DNA of 16,498 bases from Arcobacter sp. (GTDB lineage: Bacteria; Campylobacterota; Campylobacteria; Campylobacterales; Arcobacteraceae), in the NCBI GenBank assembly GCA_965662175.1, contig CBFIGT010000046.1, positions 1 through 16,498 on the forward strand, given 5' to 3'. The notes beneath the pieces were generated by a model, which was not told the origin of the DNA, ran no database searches, and was given only the letters and a program-made list of their open reading frames with translations. The position numbers and the translations under genes are program-made. Below are positions 8,368 to 15,634 of this stretch, piece by piece. Within the stretch, counting starts at the first letter, position 1. Each line of letters begins with the position of its first letter.

Positions 8368-10005
8368 AATTATTACAGGTACAAAAAACATTGATACAAT
8401 ATAAGAGATTAATGTTCCTCCAATAAGTGCCACTCCTAATCCTCCAAAAACAGCATCAGTTGCTAGTAGTGAACTTGCGAATACCATTGTTAGAACTGTT
8501 AAGATAATTGGTTTTGACCTTGTTGCTGTGGCTTGTGCTATGGCTTTGTTTATTTGCATTTTCTCTTCAACAATTAACTGTTTTGAAAAATCTATAATTA
8601 AAGTAGAGTTTCTTGAGTTAATACCAATAAGTCCAATAAATCCAATAAGAGATGTGGCTGTTAAATAAAAAGTATCTGTTGTAAAAATATCCATAATAAA
8701 ATGGGCAAAAATAACCCCTATAATAGAGATAAAGCTTGATAATACAATTCCCCCTGATAGGGCGAAGCTTTTATAATATACAACCATTAAAAAGAAGATT
8801 AAAACTAAGGCTATAATAAAAGCTCCACCTAAATCAATAAAAGTATCAATGGTAACTTTTAACTCTCCATCCCAAATAAGCTTAAAAACCTCACCTGTTT
8901 TTTTCTCTTTGAACTCAAGATTTAGCATATTTGTTTTTGTGATTTCATACTCATTTGACATAGTTGAAAGCATTTCATTTCTAGCATCTAAAAGAGGATA
9001 AATTTGACTCTCTTTATTAGTTTCAGCTATTACATTTATCATATTTGTTAGATTTTTTGATGTTATAGTTGGTTTTTGTATATTTTTTTCAATTTTTACA
9101 AACTCACTTACAGGAATCATATTACCACTATTATTCATAACTTTTAAGCTTGATAATCTATCTTTTAACTCCTCTTGAGAGTTTTTTTCTAAAAGTCTAC
9201 TATCATCTAGTCTTAAAAATAGTGGTATTTGACTTTCAGCACTATTTTCATTTACAAAACCTATCTCCATACCCTCAAAAGCTAGGTATAAAGTATTTTT
9301 TACTTGAGCTAAACTTACATTACTTTTTATAACTTTTGTTGAGTCTAAAATAAGTGAGTATTTATAAAAAGGAATAGTTACTAAAGTATCAATATCAACC
9401 AAAGATTTTTGATTTTTTAATATTTTTTCTATTTTTAGTGCAAACTCTCTTCTTGAATCAAAACTATTACCTCCATAAATTTCAGCAACAATTGAGGCTA
9501 ATACAGGAGGTCCTGCAGGTAACTCTATAAATTTTATATTTGCATCATATTTTGTACACTCTTTTTTTATATCAGCTCTAATATTACTAACTAAATTATA
9601 ACTATGAATATCTCTAAACTCAGCTTTTTTTATATTTACCATAATTTCAGCTTGATTTTCACCATCTTTTATGGCACTACCTTTTACCATACCTGCAAAA
9701 TCTAAAGGTTGTCCCTCTCCTAAAAATACAGAAACAGAGCTAACTAATTCAAGTGTTGTTAACTTTTTAGCTATACAAGAACTTACCTCTTTTGTTTGAG
9801 TTTTAGATGAACCATCTTTTAAGTCAACATATATGGAAAAACTATCAGAGTCTTTTCCTGGAAGCATTTTAGCTTTTACAATTTCTGTTGGAAAAGTTGC
9901 AACACTTAATATAAATAGGACTAAAGTAATAAGGTAAATAAAAATTGATTTTTTCTTACTCTCTAAAATATTATAGATAAATTGTTCTAAATTAAATTTT
10001 TTCAT
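8341..10005 (-). CDS. RND efflux permease, C-terminal half (TM7-TM12 equivalent)
   Basis: One N-terminal TM, large periplasmic loop (MLPGKDSD, ELPAGPPVLA), then WDGE and five TMs including GLIGINSRNSTLIIDF (TM10-like) and RSKPIILT (TM11-like). Confidence 0.9.
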   Translation of the reverse strand: MKKFNLEQFIYNILESKKKSIFIYLITLVLFILSVATFPTEIVKAKMLPGKDSDSFSIYVDLKDGSSKTQTKEVSSCIAKKLTTLELVSSVSVFLGEGQPLDFAGMVKGSAIKDGENQAEIMVNIKKAEFRDIHSYNLVSNIRADIKKECTKYDANIKFIELPAGPPVLASIVAEIYGGNSFDSRREFALKIEKILKNQKSLVDIDTLVTIPFYKYSLILDSTKVIKSNVSLAQVKNTLYLAFEGMEIGFVNENSAESQIPLFLRLDDSRLLEKNSQEELKDRLSSLKVMNNSGNMIPVSEFVKIEKNIQKPTITSKNLTNMINVIAETNKESQIYPLLDARNEMLSTMSNEYEITKTNMLNLEFKEKKTGEVFKLIWDGELKVTIDTFIDLGGAFIIALVLIFFLMVVYYKSFALSGGIVLSSFISIIGVIFAHFIMDIFTTDTFYLTATSLIGFIGLIGINSRNSTLIIDFSKQLIVEEKMQINKAIAQATATRSKPIILTVLTMVFASSLLATDAVFGGLGVALIGGTLISYIVSMFFVPVIIKNSIKAIL

Positions 10006-10007
10006 TA

Positions 10008-11564
10008 CTAATCCCGTAAAAATTTTTTAACTAAATAAGGTGTAAAAATATATGCAATAAAGAGTGACATAAAAAGAGATATTGGCACAAATACAGGAAG
10101 AGGGTGCATAAACTGTCCCATCATTCCACCCACAAAGAACATAGGTATAAAAGTCATAATAATAGCAATAGTAGCTATATTTGTAGGATTTCCTATCTCA
10201 TTTGTAGCTTCTATTGTAATTTGTTCTAATGATTTGTTCTTATCTTTTTGCATATTTCTATGTCTATGAATATTTTCAATTACAATAATAGCCGCATCAA
10301 CTAGCATTCCTAAGGATACAAGGAGGGCAAAGAGAGTAATACGATTTATAGTTTCATCAATCATATACCCAACAAAAAGTGTAAGTGCTAAAATCATAGG
10401 AACCATAATTGATACAATAATAGCCTCTTTTAATCCAAGTGAAAAAACAAGTAAGAAAAATATAATCACAATAGAGATAAGTAAATTCATAACAAGTGAA
10501 TTAACAGCATTATTAGCTGTAAAACCATCATCTCTTGTGATTATAAAACCTATATGCTCTTTTTCTAAATCGGCTTTAATCTCCTCTAAATATGAAAATA
10601 TATTTTCATTTATAGTTACAGAGTTTGCACCTTTTAGTTTAGATATTGTTAGAGTAATTTGTTCTTTTTCATCTAACTCTTTTGTATAAATAAAAGCCTC
10701 TTTTTTATTTTGAATATCATAAGATCTTTTAATATTTGCGATATTACTAAGATATATTGGCGAACCATATTTTGAGGAGATTATTATATTTTTTAAATCA
10801 TTTTCATTTTCAATTGCACTTTTAATTCCAAACATTACAAGCTCACCACTTGTTGTTCTTCCTTTAATATCAGGCGTTTCATATGATAAGCCTTTAATTG
10901 CTTCCATTACTTGACCCAAAGAGAGTTCATAGGAGCTTAGTTTATTTGCATCTACTAAGATATTATATTGCTCTTTTTTTTCACCTTTTAAATCAACCAA
11001 AGCTACATTTTCTAATCTATTAATCTCTTTTCCAATCTTATTTATTTTATTAAAAAGTTGGGTTTGAGATATTTTCTCATCTTTTGCATAAAATGCAATA
11101 GTAGCTATTGGAATATCTGTATCAATATCCATGGTTTTGATTATTGGTTGCATAGCACCACTTGGTATTAAATCCATATTTCTCATAACTTGGTCATAAA
11201 GTTTTAAATTTGATTCCTCTTTGTCTTGACCTATTAAATATCTAACTTGTACAATACCAACTGACTCTTTTGCATAGGAATAGATATCCTCAACACCTTT
11301 TATCTCTTTGATCTTTTTCTCTAAGGGTTCTATTATTACTTTTTGTATTTCATCAGCTTTAGCCCCAGGCATAGCCACAATAACAGCTCCACCTGAAACT
11401 TTGATTTGTGGATTCTCTTCCCTTGGTGTAAAAACAAGGGCAAAATATCCTAGAAGCAATATTGCAACTCCTAAAATCATAGTTAAAGGATGATTTATAA
11501 AGGTTTTTGCTAGTTTTCCAGCAATATTTGGATTTTCAAGTTTAAAATCATTATTCATAATCAT
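10008..11564 (-). CDS. RND efflux permease, N-terminal half (TM1-TM6 equivalent)
   Basis: TPREENPQI, PGAKADEI..PLEKKI, INRITLFAL, GMLVDAAIIVIENIHRH (TM4), EIGNPTNIAT and GMMGQFMHPLP. ATGA overlap with the adaptor gene. Confidence 0.92.
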   Translation of the reverse strand: MIMNNDFKLENPNIAGKLAKTFINHPLTMILGVAILLLGYFALVFTPREENPQIKVSGGAVIVAMPGAKADEIQKVIIEPLEKKIKEIKGVEDIYSYAKESVGIVQVRYLIGQDKEESNLKLYDQVMRNMDLIPSGAMQPIIKTMDIDTDIPIATIAFYAKDEKISQTQLFNKINKIGKEINRLENVALVDLKGEKKEQYNILVDANKLSSYELSLGQVMEAIKGLSYETPDIKGRTTSGELVMFGIKSAIENENDLKNIIISSKYGSPIYLSNIANIKRSYDIQNKKEAFIYTKELDEKEQITLTISKLKGANSVTINENIFSYLEEIKADLEKEHIGFIITRDDGFTANNAVNSLVMNLLISIVIIFFLLVFSLGLKEAIIVSIMVPMILALTLFVGYMIDETINRITLFALLVSLGMLVDAAIIVIENIHRHRNMQKDKNKSLEQITIEATNEIGNPTNIATIAIIMTFIPMFFVGGMMGQFMHPLPVFVPISLFMSLFIAYIFTPYLVKKFLRD

Positions 11565-12319
11565 TCTTCAATATTTACTAATACTTTAGCATACATTCCA
11601 GGAAGTATTTTTTCATTTTTTGTAAATGAAATTTTTAGTACAAATGTATGTGTCATAGGGTTAGAACTTGGAATAATTGAGTCAATTTTTCCTTTAGTTC
11701 TAAAATCAAGGGAATCAATAAAAATATCAACTTCACTATTTTTACTTATATATTTTAAATCACCCTCACTAATCTCTGTTTTGATTTTAAGATTTGATAA
11801 ATCAGATAGAATAATTGCAGCCATTCCAGGAATTGACATCTCCCCAACTTTGATTGATTTTTTTATAATAAGTCCATCATTTGGTGCTGTTATTTTTAAA
11901 TATTTATATTGATTATTTATCTCTTTTAATCTAGCATTTGCTATTTGAAGAGTATTTTCTAAAGTACTATGTTTAAGCTCCATTTGCTCCAAATCAAATT
12001 TTGAGACTAAACCCTTTTCATATAATCTTTTATATCTCTCATAATTTAGTTTTACATTATCAAACTGATTTTTATAAATTTGAATACTTAAGTTTGCTTC
12101 CTCTTTTTTACTATCAATTTCAGTTGAATCGATTTCATAAAGAAGTTGACCTTTTTTTACGCTATCTCCCTCACTTACTCTTATACTCTTTATATAACCC
12201 ATATTTCTACTTGAGATAATTTTTTCATTATCTGAGATTACAGATGCACTTAAATCAAGCTCTCTTGCACTTAAATTTGTTATTAAAAAGATTGAAAATA
12301 TTAATAAAAATTTGTTCAT
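11561..12319 (-). CDS. Efflux RND periplasmic adaptor (MFP), short form
   Basis: Lipoyl halves GYIKSIRVSEGDSVKKGQLL and ITAPNDGLI, alpha-hairpin RYKRLYEKGLVS, and beta-barrel GKIDSIIP..THTF..LPGMYAKV. Confidence 0.92.
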   Translation of the reverse strand: MNKFLLIFSIFLITNLSARELDLSASVISDNEKIISSRNMGYIKSIRVSEGDSVKKGQLLYEIDSTEIDSKKEEANLSIQIYKNQFDNVKLNYERYKRLYEKGLVSKFDLEQMELKHSTLENTLQIANARLKEINNQYKYLKITAPNDGLIIKKSIKVGEMSIPGMAAIILSDLSNLKIKTEISEGDLKYISKNSEVDIFIDSLDFRTKGKIDSIIPSSNPMTHTFVLKISFTKNEKILPGMYAKVLVNIEE

Positions 12320-12320
12320 A

Positions 12321-13631
12321 TTATTCCTTTAATGATTTACCTATTGATAGTTTTAGTTTTGCTTTTGTAAATGTAAGATTGAATTTTGACATAATAACTT
12401 CAGCTCTTGCACTTTGTGTAATTGCTTGTTGAGCTAATAAATCAGTCATTTTTATAAGATTATTTTTATACATCTCTTCTGATTTAATTAAAACATCTTC
12501 AGCTAAAGTTTGTGCTTTTATTTTTTCGTTTAAAATCTCTTGGTTTGATAAATAGTTTAAATAGTTCTCTTTAACTTCAAGCTTAATTCCATCTTTAAAC
12601 TGCTCCTTTTGAAGCATTAGTTTATTATATTCAATTCTACTTTGTTCTACTTTTGCTTCCCTTGTTAAATCAAATATTTTCATATTTAAACCAATAGATG
12701 CTAAATAAAAGTCTTGCTCACTATTTAGGTTTTTTAATTCATCACTACTATAACCATACTCAATATGAGCACCAACTTTTGGGAAATAATCCGATTGTTT
12801 GATTTTGATATCTTTTTTTAAAGATTTAGTATTTAAATCAATATATTTAAAATCTTCTCTTTTATTTATAGCATCCTCTTGCATTAGTTTTAAATCCAAT
12901 GATGAGAGTTTAACATCTTCAAAATATTTCACATCACTAACTTCAACATCAATCAAAAAACTAAGATAAGAGTGAGATAATAAAACTCTATTTTTTGCCT
13001 CTTTTAGTTTTGCATTTGTATTTAAATCATGTACTTGTGCTTGGTTTAAATCTATTTTTGTAACTAAACCCTCTTTATACATCTCATTTGCAAAATATAC
13101 AAATGAAGAAGTGGCTTTTTTTGCCTTTTCAACAGCTTTTAAATACTCTTTTGAAGCAACACATGCATTATAAGCTTTTAGTAACTCTAAACTTAAAAGC
13201 TTTTCATCATACTCATATTTTTTCTTTTGAGCTTGGATTTGTAGTTGTGCTATATCTTTTGCATTTGATAATTCAAATCCTGTAAAAAGTGGAATATCAT
13301 AAGTTAGTTTTGTTTCGTAGTTTTCAACAGCTTGTGGATAATTAACTTCAGAAATAAGAAAATCACTTCCAACAACAGTTCTATTACTTAGTTTTGTACT
13401 AAAAACATAACCCGCATGATTTGTTTTCATATATGTCTCTTTGAAGTTTAAAGCACCATAATTATTAGCACTAATTTCATCAAGTATTGCTTTTGCTTTT
13501 TTTATATCCAACTTTTTAGCTTTTAATTCTTTGTTGTTTTTTAAAAGTAAATTTAATGATTCATCAAAAGATAACTCTTTTGACCAAACTATTGTAAATG
13601 ATAATAATAAAAATAGAAAAATTTTATACAT
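12321..13631 (-). CDS. TolC family outer membrane efflux protein
   Basis: Signal peptide, LSFDESL..LLKNNKEL, IPLFTG, YKEGLVTKIDL, YFPKVG and YKNNLI..TDLL repeats. First gene of the MFP/RND operon. Confidence 0.9.
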   Translation of the reverse strand: MYKIFLFLLLSFTIVWSKELSFDESLNLLLKNNKELKAKKLDIKKAKAILDEISANNYGALNFKETYMKTNHAGYVFSTKLSNRTVVGSDFLISEVNYPQAVENYETKLTYDIPLFTGFELSNAKDIAQLQIQAQKKKYEYDEKLLSLELLKAYNACVASKEYLKAVEKAKKATSSFVYFANEMYKEGLVTKIDLNQAQVHDLNTNAKLKEAKNRVLLSHSYLSFLIDVEVSDVKYFEDVKLSSLDLKLMQEDAINKREDFKYIDLNTKSLKKDIKIKQSDYFPKVGAHIEYGYSSDELKNLNSEQDFYLASIGLNMKIFDLTREAKVEQSRIEYNKLMLQKEQFKDGIKLEVKENYLNYLSNQEILNEKIKAQTLAEDVLIKSEEMYKNNLIKMTDLLAQQAITQSARAEVIMSKFNLTFTKAKLKLSIGKSLKE

Positions 13632-13636
13632 AAAAT

Positions 13637-13690
13637 ACCTCTCATAAGAGTTTTATTATAGTCAATAGTAGTTAAAAGAAGTCTAAAAAG
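13637..13690 (-). promoter_or_regulatory. Putative promoter and RBS of the efflux operon
   Basis: Minus strand reads CTTTTTAGAC TTCTTTTAAC TACTATTGAC TATAAT, with a perfect -10 at 13655-13660 and RBS GAGAGGT at 13637-13643. Confidence 0.65.
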
Positions 13691-14041
13691 AGTATTAGTT
13701 TTACTTATGTGAATGATTAGTTAAATTATAATTATTTAGAAGAAGAGTTTAAAAGATTTATTATGTCATTTTCTCTCTCTTTTATTTTACTTGTACAAAA
13801 GAGTGAGGATTGTTCTATTAATATTTTGTTTATATTTCAGTAATAAATGGTTTATATCATATGGTTACAATTCTTTATCGATTTTGGAAGTAAATATATA
13901 AAAGAACAGAGCCAATACCTGCAATACAATTTTAAAGTTCTTTTTATTAATGTGTATATTCTATTTTTTACTTCCATTTTCTTTATTTTATTAGTATTTG
14001 TTTAATTCTCCTTAACAAATAACTAATCTTTTTCTTAGCCG

Positions 14042-14073
14042 TGGCTAGTTAGATAAACTCATCTAACTAGTCA
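14042..14073. repeat. Inverted repeat/hairpin downstream of fliP
   Basis: CTAGTTAGAT (14045-14054) / ATCTAACTAG (14061-14070), perfect 10 bp with a 6-nt loop, extendable to 13 bp with one G-T pair. No U-tract follows on either strand. Confidence 0.75.
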
Positions 14074-14105
14074 AACATAAATTTCACTAAAACTTATAAA
14101 TTTTG

Positions 14106-14834
14106 TCACTTAAAGGACTGAGCTAAATTTCCTATAATTAATGCCCAACCATCAATTATGATAAAAAAGATTATCTTTATGGGCAGGGATATCATTACAG
14201 GTGGAAGCATCATCATACCTAATGACATCAAAATAGAAGCCACAATAATATCAATAACTAAAAATGGTAAGAAGATTAAAAATCCTATTTCAAAGGCTGT
14301 TTTAAGCTCACTTACTAAAAATGCAGGCATAAGTAGGGTAAGAGATACATCATCTATATTTTTTGGATTTTCCTCTTTTTTTATTCTATAAAAGAGTGCT
14401 AAATCCTCTTCCCTTGTATTTTTTATCATAAACTCTTTAAAGGGTTTAACACCTTTTATAAAAGCCTCTTCATAACCTATTTTTTCTTCCATATATGGTT
14501 TTACAGCTTCATTCCATGAAACTTTTGCATATGGTTCCATAATAAAAATTGTTAGAATTAGAGATAAAGAGATTACTATTTGGTTTGGTGGTGCTTGTTG
14601 TAAGCCCATTGCTTGTCTTAAAAGTCCAAATACTATTACAAGTCTTGTAAAGCTTGTAACCATCAACAATAGTGTTGGTGCTAGGGCTAAAAGGATTAAA
14701 ATAATTGCAATATTTATTGTTCTTACAAATTGAGCAGGTTGTTCTATTGCAGCAATTGAAAGATTAATTACAGGTAAATCATCAGCAGCAAAAAGTGAAA
14801 TAGAAAATGTAAAAAGTGCCAAAAGTAGTTTCAA
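14106..14834 (-). CDS. fliP: Flagellar export apparatus protein FliP
   Basis: Signal peptide, LLLMVTSFTRLVIVFGLLRQAMGLQQAPPNQ, PAFLVSELKTAFEIGF, LGMMMLPP and DGW motifs. TTG start with RBS GAGGA (14841-14845). Confidence 0.97.
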   Translation of the reverse strand: MKLLLALFTFSISLFAADDLPVINLSIAAIEQPAQFVRTINIAIILILLALAPTLLLMVTSFTRLVIVFGLLRQAMGLQQAPPNQIVISLSLILTIFIMEPYAKVSWNEAVKPYMEEKIGYEEAFIKGVKPFKEFMIKNTREEDLALFYRIKKEENPKNIDDVSLTLLMPAFLVSELKTAFEIGFLIFLPFLVIDIIVASILMSLGMMMLPPVMISLPIKIIFFIIIDGWALIIGNLAQSFK

Positions 14835-14861
14835 ATATAATCCTCGATGTTTATAAAAGAA

Positions 14862-14918
14862 ATAATAACTAAAATATCTTTAAAATCTAAAGATATATTA
14901 ATAATAACTCTTTATAAT
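14862..14918. promoter_or_regulatory. Divergent promoter region with a central palindrome
   Basis: Minus-strand TTTAGTTATTAT (14862-14873) faces fliP; plus-strand TATAAT (14913-14918) faces the SBP gene; ATATCTTTA-N5-TAAAGATAT (14874-14896) lies between them. Confidence 0.5.
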
Positions 14919-14944
14919 ATTCAACATTATTATAGGACTGTAAA

Positions 14945-15634
14945 ATGTACAAAATTTTTATCTTTATTTTTATTTTTACTATTTCTTTATTTTCAATGGA
15001 AATAAAGAGCTTAGAGAAGGGTTATTTGGTTGTTGCTTTAAAGTATGATAGAAATCCAATGAGTTATTTAAGTGAAAATGGTCAACTAAAAGGTATTGAA
15101 GTTGATTTAATGAACAAAATAGTAGATATTTTAAATGTAAGAGTTAAATATGTGGAACTAAATGAAAGTCAAGCTAAAAATTTATTAGTAAATAATAAAA
15201 TTGATATAATCTTAGACTCCTCTATAAAAAGTCTAATGGCTAACTCAAATATAATTTTTTCAAAGAGTTATTTTTATGATAAGCAGGTTCTTTTAACTAT
15301 AAAAAATTCAAAAATTGATATAAAAAGTGAGTTTGAAAATCTAAATATTGGTTTATTAAAAGATTCAATTTATTTAAATGATTTTTTAAAAATAAAACCA
15401 AAATCTAAGTTGATTTTATTTACTGAGCTTTTTCAGTTAAAAAAAGCTTTAGAGTTTAAAAATGTAGATGGAATAGTTTTAGATTATGAGTTAGCAAACT
15501 ATTTAGTTAAAAACTCAAATGATAGATTTAAAATCTTAGATATAAATTTAGGAAAACATCCCTATCAAATGGCTTTTAACAAAAAAAATTTAGACTTAAA
15601 AAATGAAATAGATAATATTTTAGACAAGCTATAG
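14945..15634 (+). CDS. Family-3 (amino-acid type) solute-binding-domain protein, divergent
   Basis: Signal peptide, GYLVVAL, PMSY..ENGQLKGIEVDL, KIDII, IFSKSYF, VDGIVLD and MAFNKKNLDLKNEIDNIL. RBS AGGA upstream. Confidence 0.78.
   Translation: MYKIFIFIFIFTISLFSMEIKSLEKGYLVVALKYDRNPMSYLSENGQLKGIEVDLMNKIVDILNVRVKYVELNESQAKNLLVNNKIDIILDSSIKSLMANSNIIFSKSYFYDKQVLLTIKNSKIDIKSEFENLNIGLLKDSIYLNDFLKIKPKSKLILFTELFQLKKALEFKNVDGIVLDYELANYLVKNSNDRFKILDINLGKHPYQMAFNKKNLDLKNEIDNILDKL

Noticed and set aside
10003..10016. RND break as a frameshift pseudogene
   Set aside because: The break falls at the domain boundary with tandem stops, an SD-like sequence and an ATG, and both halves are intact. Disfavoured but not excluded without reads.
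9150..13285. Short plus-strand ORFs at 9150, 11308, 12001, 12244 and 13088
   Set aside because: All lie antisense within well-supported efflux genes.
13763..13843. 26-aa plus-strand ORF (MSFSLSFILLVQKSEDCSINILFIFQ) after a TATAAT at 13727
   Set aside because: No convincing RBS; such ORFs and TATAAT boxes are expected by chance in AT-rich DNA.
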